Shown here in pieces: positions 37,323 to 46,290 of a stretch of DNA of 64,000 nucleotides. The stretch lies in the NCBI GenBank assembly GCA_964409875.1, contig CAYPEN010000004.1, positions 107,784-171,783 of the forward strand. The letters run 5' to 3'. Below the pieces are notes generated by a model that saw nothing but the letters and a program-made list of their open reading frames with translations, was not told the DNA's origin and did no database searches. Source of the DNA: an uncultured Gammaproteobacteria bacterium (GTDB lineage Bacteria; Patescibacteriota; Microgenomatia; Levybacterales; GWA1-39-11). Every line of letters starts with the position of its first letter. Position 1 is the stretch's first letter. The translations under genes and the position numbers were made by a program.

Positions 37323-38555
37323 ATGTCTATGCGATTGCTCAAATACGTATTTGTAATAGGTTTGTTATGCTATATTCTATCTTTTGGTCTTATTAAGGCA
37401 AATGCCGAAGATGTAACGCCAACCCCATCTTCAAGCTCGGATTCACAAAAAAAGGCCGATACGGAAAAATTAATCCAAGAACTAGAGACAAAAATTGCCG
37501 ATACAAAATCTCAGGAGAAAACTCTTTCATCTCAAATTGATATTGCTGACAATCAAATTAAATTAACGGAGGCAAAGATAGAACGCACGAAAGATCAGAT
37601 TGAGTCTCTTGAAGTAGATATAGATATTACTAAAAGTAAAATTTCAAGCTCTGAAGGTGATTTGGATAAAACTTCCCATGCGTTTGTCGGCCGTGCAAAA
37701 GCAGTATATCAGCAAGGAACGGTTGCTCCTTGGCAGGTACTCCTTACTTCTAATACATTAGACAATTTTTTTACAAGATTAAAATACCTTAAAATTGTGC
37801 AACTATATGACAAAAAAAATATCTATGCTGCCGAGCAGGCGAAGGTGAATTACAGTAATCAACAAAACATTCTTGTTGACAAAAAACAAGAAGAGGAAGC
37901 ATTGAATAAAAAACTTGAGGCATATACAGAACAACTCAATACAGATAAAGAGTCAAAAAAACGGTTACTTGCTGAAACACAGGGAAGCGAGGCGAATTAT
38001 CAAAGATTGTTAGCTCAAGCAAAAGCACAGCTTGCAGGTTTTTCAAATTTCGTCGCAGCACAGGGAGGAGCATCATTGCTTTCTGGACAAACTTCGTGTG
38101 ATTCTTGGGGTTGTTATTATAATCAGCGTGATTCTAATTGGGGAGCCGCAGCTCTGAATGGTACGCAGTACACAATTGCAAGCGATGGTTGTCTTGTTAC
38201 TTCGATGGCAATGATATTTACTCACTATGGAAAAAAAATAACGCCTATTGATATCAACTCCAATTCTTCAAATTTTGCGTCTTATTATCCCGCATATCTT
38301 CTCTTTACAATTTCAGCCGGTGGTGCGACAGCACAGCGAGTAGGGGCTTCAATGGATTCCGTTTTGGCCGGAGGGGATCCGGTGGTTGTTGGAATAAATG
38401 CATACGGAGGAACTCACTTTGTTGTAATAAAAAGTGGTTCTAACGGGAATTACATAATGAACGATCCGTACCTTCCAAATGGACACGATGTTAACTTTAC
38501 AGACCATTATTCTATGGGAAGTATCTTCTCGGTCCAAAAAGTAGTCTTCTTGTAG
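37323..38555 (+). CDS. FtsEX-associated putative peptidoglycan hydrolase: coiled-coil N-terminal half + C-terminal C39-like (YvpB-type) cysteine peptidase domain
   Basis: Signal peptide; about 200-aa coiled coil; C-terminal TSCDSWGCYY...ASDGCLVTSMAMIFTHYG resembles peptidase_C39_2 (CGPTSLAM) with downstream His/Asp. Confidence 0.5.
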   Translation: MSMRLLKYVFVIGLLCYILSFGLIKANAEDVTPTPSSSSDSQKKADTEKLIQELETKIADTKSQEKTLSSQIDIADNQIKLTEAKIERTKDQIESLEVDIDITKSKISSSEGDLDKTSHAFVGRAKAVYQQGTVAPWQVLLTSNTLDNFFTRLKYLKIVQLYDKKNIYAAEQAKVNYSNQQNILVDKKQEEEALNKKLEAYTEQLNTDKESKKRLLAETQGSEANYQRLLAQAKAQLAGFSNFVAAQGGASLLSGQTSCDSWGCYYNQRDSNWGAAALNGTQYTIASDGCLVTSMAMIFTHYGKKITPIDINSNSSNFASYYPAYLLFTISAGGATAQRVGASMDSVLAGGDPVVVGINAYGGTHFVVIKSGSNGNYIMNDPYLPNGHDVNFTDHYSMGSIFSVQKVVFL

Positions 38556-38613
38556 TGGATCTATCGTCAAAGGGTTGAAAGTTTTACCACTTTCCTATTA
38601 AATCAGAGTTATT

Positions 38614-39486
38614 GTGAGATCTATTAGGTTTAGTTTTATTATCTACTTTTTTGTTCTCTTACTTGTTTTGTTTTTTCCAATGCAAAGCTTTGCCGCTTCT
38701 GCAACAACGAGTATAAATAACCAAGCTTCTTCATATAATGAATCTTCCGAAATCACAATTCATACAGTAATAAACATAAGTGCAGCAGACGGAACAAATT
38801 ATTTTTTAGGAGGAGCTTTTCGTAAGGGAAGTGGTAATTATTGTGGATTGACGAATGTAGATGGTAGTTGGGTAAAATACGGTAGCGATGGGAATAAGTT
38901 TTTTAAGATAACGATACAAGACAATAAATGGGAAGGTGATGTAAAAGTAAAAATTGATTCCAATGATTCAAGCTGCAAAGAGTCTGGTGACTATAAACTA
39001 AAAATCAAAAGGTACACGGAAAATTCTGAAACCTTTGATGACCAAACGGAACTTACTTTAAATTTCTCGCTCCCGACACCTACTGCCACTCCTACAAATA
39101 CTCCTACTCCTACCCAAACCCCCACACCGACTCCAAAGCCAACCAGCTCTCCGACACCTACACCAACTGCTTCTCCTACTCCGTCGCCAAAAACAACAAG
39201 CACACCGACACCTAAAATTACAACTGATCCAAGAACCCGTGAAGGAGGAAGTGAGTCGGCTCTCATGCAGACTCAAACAGACGCCGAACCTACACAGGGA
39301 ATATTGGGTGCAAATGCGAATTTTGCGAATGCACAATCCGAAATACCTACGACTACCGCTCAGAATTATAATTGGGGTGCGCTTTTAATTGTTATGGGAA
39401 TAGTTCTTGTGACAGGTAGCTGTGGTATACTCCTGTACAATAATTATAGGAAGAATAAAACCGAGAGCATAGAAGCGGCTCCTTAG
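38614..39486 (+). CDS. surface protein with signal peptide, Pro/Thr-rich linker and C-terminal TM anchor
   Basis: Signal peptide ending SFA-AS; PT repeats TPTATPTNTPTPTQTPTPTPKPTSSPTPTPTASPTPSP; C-terminal LLIVMGIVLVTGSCGILLY + basic tail. Confidence 0.55.
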   Translation: MRSIRFSFIIYFFVLLLVLFFPMQSFAASATTSINNQASSYNESSEITIHTVINISAADGTNYFLGGAFRKGSGNYCGLTNVDGSWVKYGSDGNKFFKITIQDNKWEGDVKVKIDSNDSSCKESGDYKLKIKRYTENSETFDDQTELTLNFSLPTPTATPTNTPTPTQTPTPTPKPTSSPTPTPTASPTPSPKTTSTPTPKITTDPRTREGGSESALMQTQTDAEPTQGILGANANFANAQSEIPTTTAQNYNWGALLIVMGIVLVTGSCGILLYNNYRKNKTESIEAAP

Positions 39487-39487
39487 T

Positions 39488-39916
39488 ATGAAAACAATAA
39501 CGAGAAGTCCTGAAGAAACAGAAAAGCTTGGAAAAAAATTTGCGAATGACCTACATCCGAAAGATGTTGTTTTTCTCATTGGAAATTTGGGGAGTGGAAA
39601 AACAACATTCACAAAAGGGATTGCCCGCGGTTTGGGGATAACATCTCGCATAATCTCACCTACATTTACTGTTGTTAGAACGCACCTGACCAATAGTAGG
39701 CAAATTGAAACCCTTTATCATTTAGACTTATACCGCCTTCAAAGCAAGGAAGAGGCATTAGGCGTTGATATTAAGGATTATTTAGAGGATGAAAAAGGGG
39801 TTGTTGTCATAGAATGGCCTGAGATTTCCCAAAATATTGTAAAAGGAACTGTTTGGAAAGTTTTTTTTGAGGATTTGAATGATACACGTTCTATAGAAAT
39901 AAGGAAAGAGCTATGA
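39488..39916 (+). CDS. tsaE: tRNA threonylcarbamoyladenosine biosynthesis ATPase TsaE (YjeE)
   Basis: P-loop LIGNLGSGKTTFTKGIARGLGI and ISPTFTVV block. Confidence 0.8.
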   Translation: MKTITRSPEETEKLGKKFANDLHPKDVVFLIGNLGSGKTTFTKGIARGLGITSRIISPTFTVVRTHLTNSRQIETLYHLDLYRLQSKEEALGVDIKDYLEDEKGVVVIEWPEISQNIVKGTVWKVFFEDLNDTRSIEIRKEL

Positions 39917-40500
39917 AAAGCAATATTGAGGATGTAATAAACCGGTTTAAGAAAGGCAATGTTGGTATTTTTCCAACAGATACTGCATTTGGAATTGGAT
40001 GTCGAATGGATGATGAGGATGCAGTGAGAAGGGTTTACAGCATCCGGAAACGTCCAACCGATAAATCTCTCCTTGTCTTGGTTTCCTCAGCCGAGATGGC
40101 AAGCGAGTATGTTGACATTGACAGTGAAGTAAAAGAAAAGCTCATTGATACATTTTGGCCCGGTGGATTAACTATTGTTTTTAAATGCAAGAAAGATAAA
40201 GTTCCAGGAGTTGTCAATTCAAATGGACAAACACTTGCGGTAAGATTTCCAAATCATAGGCTTATGCAAGAAATAATCGAAAAAGTCGGCGTACCACTAG
40301 TTGCACCATCAGCCAATTTCTCTGGGGGAGATACGCCCTATACATTTTCGGAAATAGACCCAATGCTTATGCAAAAAGTTGACTTTGTTCTCAATGGTGT
40401 GTGTACAATGAAAGGTGTATCCACAATCATTGATGTTACGAAAAGACCGTGGAAAATAATACGTGATGGGGTGGTAGCTCTTCCAAAACAATATGAATAA
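39913..40500 (+). CDS. tsaC: L-threonylcarbamoyladenylate synthase TsaC/YrdC
   Basis: GNVGIFPTDTAFGIGCRMDDEDAVRRVYSIRKRP and SANFSGG motifs of the YrdC/Sua5 fold. Confidence 0.8.
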   Translation: MKSNIEDVINRFKKGNVGIFPTDTAFGIGCRMDDEDAVRRVYSIRKRPTDKSLLVLVSSAEMASEYVDIDSEVKEKLIDTFWPGGLTIVFKCKKDKVPGVVNSNGQTLAVRFPNHRLMQEIIEKVGVPLVAPSANFSGGDTPYTFSEIDPMLMQKVDFVLNGVCTMKGVSTIIDVTKRPWKIIRDGVVALPKQYE

Positions 40501-40807
40501 ATTGTATATAGATACGCGAAATAACAAAAAAGTAATCGCTCTTCTTGAAAAAGACGGCAAGAAATTCGATGCTACGTCAACCAGCGAAAACCGGCATCCC
40601 GAGTCGATACTTCTACTCATAGAAAAAGTGTGTAATGACGGAGGGATTTCGATTCATGACATAGATGAGATTTATGTCGAGGAAGGACCCGGTTCTTATA
40701 CTGGGCTTAAAGTCGGAGCAAGTGTGGCGAATGCATTAGGGTTTTCGCTTGACAAAAAAATTAATGGCAAAAAATTGGGAGAATTGACAACTCCACATTA
40801 CGAATGA
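40493..40807 (+). CDS. tsaB: TsaB (YeaZ)-like protein, N-terminal domain only (104 aa)
   Basis: GPGSYTGLKVGASVANALGF matches the TsaB/YeaZ GPGSFTGLRIG motif; about half the usual length. Confidence 0.6.
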   Translation: MNKLYIDTRNNKKVIALLEKDGKKFDATSTSENRHPESILLLIEKVCNDGGISIHDIDEIYVEEGPGSYTGLKVGASVANALGFSLDKKINGKKLGELTTPHYE

Positions 40808-40823
40808 AGTAATTATCCTGCCT

Positions 40824-41723
40824 ATGCATATCTTTCACTTTTTTGTTCCTCATCACAAAAATAATCATAGGGCCAAACTTCTTCATAATATTTCTCTTTT
40901 TGTAATAATTCTTGCCGTTGCTTGCAGTAGTTCTTTAGCAATTTTTCTTCACAGAACACATCCGGAAGTATTAGGGATATCCTATCAGATATCCGATATC
41001 GAGCTTCTTAATCTGACTAATTTTGAACGACAGCAAAATGGTCTTCCGCCGCTAGCATTAGATAGACAATTAAGCCAGGCTGCTGCCAATAAGGGGGCGC
41101 ATATGTTCGCGCATGACTATTGGGCTCATTTTGCGCCGGACGGAACATCTCCATGGCAATTTATAAAAGCAGCGGGGTACGACTATTCATATGCAGGAGA
41201 AAATTTAGCAAGAGGTTTTACCACATCCGTTGATGCAGTAAATGCATGGATGAAATCCCCGACTCACAGGGCGAATATTCTTTCTCCTTTGTATAAGGAT
41301 GTGGGATTTGCAATTCGGGAGGGAAGACTTCAGGGAGAAGATACAATTCTTATCGTTGAGGAATTCGGGCAAAGAGAAAACGCAGCATTGACAGATACAA
41401 AATCAACAACTCCTCTTGGCGGGGCAAATACTGTTCAATTAAATGAGCAAGATGTAAAAGGGTCTTATCAAGCGCAGATTCCCCAAGGCGGAGAAATGCT
41501 ACCTCAAAGTTTGTCAAATAAACCTGCAATAGATATAGGAAGTATTGCAAAAGTCCTTACATTTATTCTGCTTGCGGCACTGCTTACTGCGTTGGTGCTA
41601 GACTTTATCATCATTGAGAAAAAACGGATTCCGAGGGTAGTTGGGAACAACATGGATCACATAATACTCATAGCAATATTTATTGCATTTGTGCTAATGG
41701 CAAAATTGGGAAATATAATATGA
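40824..41723 (+). CDS. CAP/SCP domain protein flanked by TM helices
   Basis: N-terminal TM, CAP core (GAHMFAHDYWAHF...WMKSPTHRANILSPLYKDVGFA), C-terminal TM helices. Confidence 0.6.
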   Translation: MHIFHFFVPHHKNNHRAKLLHNISLFVIILAVACSSSLAIFLHRTHPEVLGISYQISDIELLNLTNFERQQNGLPPLALDRQLSQAAANKGAHMFAHDYWAHFAPDGTSPWQFIKAAGYDYSYAGENLARGFTTSVDAVNAWMKSPTHRANILSPLYKDVGFAIREGRLQGEDTILIVEEFGQRENAALTDTKSTTPLGGANTVQLNEQDVKGSYQAQIPQGGEMLPQSLSNKPAIDIGSIAKVLTFILLAALLTALVLDFIIIEKKRIPRVVGNNMDHIILIAIFIAFVLMAKLGNII

Positions 41724-41778
41724 TTTTGACAGAACTAGTTCATGGCAAAATTGGAAAATATAATATAAAGAATTTAAT

Positions 41779-42036
41779 ATGAAAAAACATCACGGCCTTT
41801 TATATCTTATAGAATTCCTTTTAATAGGAAGCGGATTTGCCTTCTTACTAAGTGTGCCTCTTCCGTTTTATACACAGCTCTTTGTAATAGGACTTATTCT
41901 CGGCCTTTATATGGTCGTTGGTTTGTTGCATCACAAGACACATCATGATATTAATATTAAGGTTGTGCTAGAATATATGTTAATAAGTGCACTGATTTTT
42001 GCACTTTTTATTTTTCTTAACATTGCACGGCTTTAA
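41779..42036 (+). CDS. small hydrophobic membrane protein (85 aa, 3 predicted TM)
   Basis: ORF only; hydrophobic. Confidence 0.35.
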   Translation: MKKHHGLLYLIEFLLIGSGFAFLLSVPLPFYTQLFVIGLILGLYMVVGLLHHKTHHDINIKVVLEYMLISALIFALFIFLNIARL

Positions 42037-42042
42037 TTTAAT

Positions 42043-42768
42043 ATGAAAGGTGTTATTCTTGCAGGAGGTTTGGGAACACGGCTACGCCCCCTTACATTCG
42101 TAACCAACAAACATCTTCTCCCGGTTTACGATAAACCGATGATATTTTATCCTATCGAAACACTTGTAAAAGCGGGTATAACTGAAATTTTGATTGTTAC
42201 ATCCGGTCCCCATGTAGGGCATTTTTTGGGAGTTCTGAAAAATGGTAAGGAGCTTGGTGTTAAGCATATAGAATATGCCTATCAGGAAAAACCTGATGGT
42301 GGTATCGCTGATGCTTTATCGCTTGCAGAAGATTTTTGCGATGGGGACAGTGTCGCCGTGATTTTGGGAGACAATACGACCGATGCAGATATTTCCAGCA
42401 ATGTTGAGTCCTTTAATAATGGAGCGATGGTTTTTCTGAAAAGTGTTCCAGATCCTCAGCGATTTGGAGTTGCGGAATTTCACAAAGATGACGCTAGTAA
42501 GATTGCACAAATAATTGAAAAACCGGAAAATCCTCCTAGTAATTATGCTGTAACGGGTCTATATTTTTATGATAATACTGTTTTTGATAAAATCCGGACA
42601 ATCACTCCCTCCGATCGTGGCGAGCTTGAAATTACAGATGTAAACAACTTGTATATAGCTGAAGGCAATCTTCATTGGGCAGAGTTGAACGGCTATTGGG
42701 CTGATGCCGGGACATTTTCAACGCTTTACAAGGTGAATCGTTATTGGGCTGAAAAGAATGAGGGTTGA
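42043..42768 (+). CDS. sugar-1-phosphate nucleotidyltransferase (glucose-1-phosphate thymidylyltransferase-like, short form)
   Basis: MKGVILAGGLGTRLRPLT signature of RmlA/GalU-type nucleotidyltransferases. Confidence 0.75.
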   Translation: MKGVILAGGLGTRLRPLTFVTNKHLLPVYDKPMIFYPIETLVKAGITEILIVTSGPHVGHFLGVLKNGKELGVKHIEYAYQEKPDGGIADALSLAEDFCDGDSVAVILGDNTTDADISSNVESFNNGAMVFLKSVPDPQRFGVAEFHKDDASKIAQIIEKPENPPSNYAVTGLYFYDNTVFDKIRTITPSDRGELEITDVNNLYIAEGNLHWAELNGYWADAGTFSTLYKVNRYWAEKNEG

Positions 42769-42801
42769 ATTTTCAAGAAAAATATTTTAAATTTGTAAAT
42801 T

Positions 42802-43248
42802 ATGCCTCTTGCAACAGAAGAGAACGCAAAAAAAGTGCAGACTAAAGACCATTCAGGAAATCCTAATGGTTTTTTAATTGAACTTTTTAAAGACAAGGAA
42901 ACTGGTCAAAAGACAGAAGTGTATCTTACAGCAGCATCTCCCGGCGCTTTTAAAGGATATCATCTCCATAGAGTTCGTGCGGCAAGGTATGTAGCGGTCA
43001 AGGGAAAGATGAAAATTACTCTCTATAAACCCGGAGTCCCTTCTTCCAAAGAAGAGCATATTTTAGATGCCAGCGCAGAATCTCCCGTTCGTCTCTTCAT
43101 TCCTAAAGACATAGCAACCGGACTTGAGAATATAGGTGATGAGGATGCATGGATGGTGAATTATCCGGACCCTGCATATGATCCAGCACTTCTTGACGAG
43201 CAAGTCGAGTACACCGAAGAAGAATTATTACAAGGGGTTGTGAAGTAG
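42802..43248 (+). CDS. cupin sugar-nucleotide 3,4-ketoisomerase (FdtA/QdtA, WxcM-C-like)
   Basis: KGYHLHRVRAARYVAVKGKMKITL ... LFIPKDIATGLENIGDEDAWMVNYPDPAYDP parallels FdtA RGFHAHK...VCLNGSCRVIL. Confidence 0.5.
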   Translation: MPLATEENAKKVQTKDHSGNPNGFLIELFKDKETGQKTEVYLTAASPGAFKGYHLHRVRAARYVAVKGKMKITLYKPGVPSSKEEHILDASAESPVRLFIPKDIATGLENIGDEDAWMVNYPDPAYDPALLDEQVEYTEEELLQGVVK

Positions 43249-43307
43249 CCCTTTAATCTACGAATTGCTTTCTTTCAAATTTCTTACTTTTTTTTTGCTC
43301 CTTTTTC

Positions 43308-43670
43308 TTGCTTACGCCATATGCTTTATATATGAGTCTGAGACAAGTATTATTAACAATCCTCAATATTCTTAGTGCATTCATTGCACTAACTATAGGA
43401 GCACGAATACTTTTTCTTTTACTTGGAGCAAACCAGACAACGCCTGCAATAGTATGGGTGAACGGAATTAGTAATGTTTTTCTTTATCCATTCAGGGGGT
43501 TATTTCAGACGATAATTCTCAATTCACGCTCGGCTATTGATGTTACTGCAATAGTTGGTTTACTTATCTATGCCATTATTTTTTCCATCCTCTACCGCAT
43601 CGTATACATCTTGACCCACGATGAAGTAGGAGCAAGTGTTCGTCCACATCATACCCACGCTGAATATTAA
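43308..43670 (+). CDS. YggT-family-like small membrane protein
   Basis: Two hydrophobic segments with a YggT-like repeat (VNGISNVFLYPFRGLF); weak. Confidence 0.35.
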   Translation: MLTPYALYMSLRQVLLTILNILSAFIALTIGARILFLLLGANQTTPAIVWVNGISNVFLYPFRGLFQTIILNSRSAIDVTAIVGLLIYAIIFSILYRIVYILTHDEVGASVRPHHTHAEY

Positions 43671-44908
43671 TTGTGTTTCCCAAAACGTATCGAGTGAGTC
43701 ATGTAAAATTTTATGTTCCGCGCGGCCATTGCTTCCTTTGTAAAGAATTTTTCGACCCGAAGACGACATGCTTTGGACGAGAATTCGCCGCTTAGAATTT
43801 TTGAAACTGCTTTTACTGCTTGATATTTGTTCTGTACGACAAATCCGCATTGTTTTCCTACGATTTCAGGTATCGAGCCTTTTTGTGTGCCTACAATAGG
43901 TGTTCCTGATGCCATAGCTTCGGGCATAACCATACCGAAAGGTTCCTCCCATTCGTTGAGCATTAAAAGTGCGCTGGCTTTACTTAGTAAACTTTTCCGT
44001 TCTTCAGCGTTTACGCCGTTTTCGAAGTGAATAATGTCCTTTCCGTCTACAAAAGGAGCTATTTCATTTTCAAAGTATTCAAGCGATTGTGGTTTTTCCT
44101 CAACGGTCCCGGCTATAACAAGAGGGATCTTGAGTTTTAAAGCAACATAAATTGCGTTATGCACTCCTTTGTCTTTGGTAATCCGGCCTAAATATAGTAA
44201 GAATTTTTCTTTTTTTTCAACATATTCGAATTCATCCAAATCTATACCATTGTAATTAACGCCTATCCACGGCAAAAAAGGCATTTGAGCCTTTTGATTT
44301 TTTGAGATGGCAATAAATCCCAACGACTTTCTATTCTTCAAAAGTGCATAATAATTTTCTTCAAGGCGAGTAATATAAGGGTATCGGAGTGGGCCATGTT
44401 CGGTTCTTACCACCGGTTTTATGTATCTTGAGAACCATACACTATATGCGCGCCCGGCATTTGTATGGTCATGGACAATAGTTACATCATTTCTATTTGC
44501 TACAATTTTTTTATACGCCTGCAGTACATAAATGTGTTCAAGTTTTTCAGCTGCGTATGGGTCTGTTCGAAGCACTTCAAGTAAATTTTCAGAGCTGGAA
44601 ATGTAGTCCGGTGTATAAACTCTCACTCGTTTGAGAGTGTGTTCCATCCTTTTGTTTGCAGGATGGCCGAATATAATTTGCTTTTTGACCTTAAATTGCT
44701 CTAATGCTTTTATATTGTTCAAAACAACATCTTCAATTCCCCCATAGTTTCTGTCGTCGCGCGGTAGCGGAAGCCATAAGGGGCCAATATGAACAATTGT
44801 TGCTTTTTTTGCCCATTCTTTCAACGAAGAATTCAGAAAATCTTCAGGATTAAACAAACGGTAAGATGAGGTATGCATAGCATCATTTGAAGCTAGATCA
44901 TAGTACAA
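43667..44908 (-). CDS. glycosyltransferase family 4 (GT-B, retaining)
   Basis: C-terminal EPFGMVMPEAMASGTPIVGT (EX7E motif region) of GT4 enzymes. Confidence 0.75.
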   Translation of the reverse strand: MYYDLASNDAMHTSSYRLFNPEDFLNSSLKEWAKKATIVHIGPLWLPLPRDDRNYGGIEDVVLNNIKALEQFKVKKQIIFGHPANKRMEHTLKRVRVYTPDYISSSENLLEVLRTDPYAAEKLEHIYVLQAYKKIVANRNDVTIVHDHTNAGRAYSVWFSRYIKPVVRTEHGPLRYPYITRLEENYYALLKNRKSLGFIAISKNQKAQMPFLPWIGVNYNGIDLDEFEYVEKKEKFLLYLGRITKDKGVHNAIYVALKLKIPLVIAGTVEEKPQSLEYFENEIAPFVDGKDIIHFENGVNAEERKSLLSKASALLMLNEWEEPFGMVMPEAMASGTPIVGTQKGSIPEIVGKQCGFVVQNKYQAVKAVSKILSGEFSSKACRLRVEKFFTKEAMAARNIKFYMTHSIRFGKHN

Positions 44909-45010
44909 AAGTTATGTGAAAATTTCATGTGAATGACGTGAAAAAATCAGCTATTTTTAAGGTTTCCCTATTAAACTTTTCACAGTTAATAATTAAAACG
45001 GGTAAACAAA

Positions 45011-45036
45011 AGAGCGCTTGCAAAAGCGCTTTTTTG
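45011..45036 (+). terminator. orphan intrinsic terminator (self-complementary AGCGCT stem + U-tract)
   Basis: aGAGCGCTtgcaaaAGCGCTTtttttg; no co-directional gene upstream (GT4 gene is on the opposite strand). Confidence 0.45.
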
Positions 45037-45077
45037 TTGGTTTTGGTGGGGTTTGACGTTGGTGCTATACTGATTAT

Positions 45078-45527
45078 ATGGACCTACGGGAGCTTGTTCG
45101 CGACTATTTAACCAAAGCGCAAATAATGCAGATAGCAACAGCTCACGACCATCAACCATGGGTTGCAACTGTTTATTTTGCAACTGACATTGATCTCAAT
45201 TTATATTGGATGAGTAGAGCTTCCAGAAGACATTCTCAAGAAATTCTGGATAACCCCAAAGTTGCAGGAGCTATTGTTCTTCCCCATAACTATGGCGAGA
45301 AAGTGCGCGGTATACAATTTGAAGGTACTGCGCGGCAGCTATCAGATGGCGATGCGCAAGCAGGAATAAATATTTATTCGAGTAGGTTCTGGATTGTTGA
45401 AGATAGGGCAACTACCACGGTGGAAGGAGGAGACCAGCATTTTTGCTATCAAATCAGGCCTTCAAAATTTGTACTTTTTGACGAAGTAAATTTCCCTGAT
45501 AGTCCCCGGCAAGAATTAAAACTGTAA
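45078..45527 (+). CDS. pyridoxamine 5'-phosphate oxidase-like FMN-binding split-barrel protein
   Basis: LTKAQIMQIATAHDHQPWVATVYFATD pattern of PNPOx-like family; ATG lies 7 nt after a TATACT, possibly leaderless. Confidence 0.55.
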   Translation: MDLRELVRDYLTKAQIMQIATAHDHQPWVATVYFATDIDLNLYWMSRASRRHSQEILDNPKVAGAIVLPHNYGEKVRGIQFEGTARQLSDGDAQAGINIYSSRFWIVEDRATTTVEGGDQHFCYQIRPSKFVLFDEVNFPDSPRQELKL

Positions 45528-45564
45528 ATTCCCTTAAAAAGTTCGTTTGGTATAATCACTTACC

Positions 45565-46203
45565 ATGGTTGAATCGAAAGAAGGAGAACCCAAAAGAGCT
45601 TTAAATATTGTACTATTGCCGGACGATACGGTAAGAAACAAGGCTCTTACATTTAGTTATCAATTGACTAGGACAAATAGTTCTGCTTTTCAACTCGACA
45701 ACGATTTGCATTTTCCGCACATATCACTTTATCAAGGATATTACCCCGAAAGGAACGTGGATGAGCTTATTTTGAGACTTTTGGATATTACAAAAGAACC
45801 GGAAAATATTTCAGTAAGCATGGATGGCTTCAGTCTGTCGCGAGGTGGATTTGTTTGGTGGAACTGCATAAATACTCCTCAACTCCAGACATTGCATGAA
45901 AGAATTTTAGGACAAGCAAATCCTTTAAGAGAAGGGCTTATTGCACCTAACGTAAGGGATATGATGGGTTCGTTGTCTGATGATGATAAAGAAATGGTTG
46001 AGAGAACCGGGAGTGTAGTAAACGGGGAATTATTTAAGCCACATTTAACCCTTACTCGTCTTACACGCGTTGTGCAAACTCCTCTTGACTGTCTTCAGGG
46101 GTACGATACAAACGTAGCTTTCTTACCAACAATGTTATGTGTTGCAGATATGGGTCAACATGGAACGATATCAAAAATAGTTGAAGAAATCCCATTGAAC
46201 TAG
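45565..46203 (+). CDS. 2H phosphoesterase superfamily protein (LigT-like)
   Basis: Two H-x-T/S-x motifs: FPHISLY and KPHLTLTRL. Confidence 0.45.
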   Translation: MVESKEGEPKRALNIVLLPDDTVRNKALTFSYQLTRTNSSAFQLDNDLHFPHISLYQGYYPERNVDELILRLLDITKEPENISVSMDGFSLSRGGFVWWNCINTPQLQTLHERILGQANPLREGLIAPNVRDMMGSLSDDDKEMVERTGSVVNGELFKPHLTLTRLTRVVQTPLDCLQGYDTNVAFLPTMLCVADMGQHGTISKIVEEIPLN

Positions 46204-46290
46204 ATCATCATTGTGTTGGCAGAAGAAATCTAAAAATTATCTACGGCAATTAGTTTGTGGACGAAGTGTTTCTTTTGGTATACTGCAAGC

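Noticed and set aside
38991-39336. Two overlapping minus-strand ORFs (91 and 92 aa), Gly/Val- and Arg/Cys-rich
   Set aside because: Antisense frames of the Pro/Thr-repeat coding region of the surface protein 38614..39486; artefacts
44929-45111. 60-aa plus-strand ORF in the GT4/PNPOx intergenic region
   Set aside because: It reads straight through the strong intrinsic terminator at 45011-45036 and into the promoter of the next gene; more plausibly non-coding (candidate sRNA)
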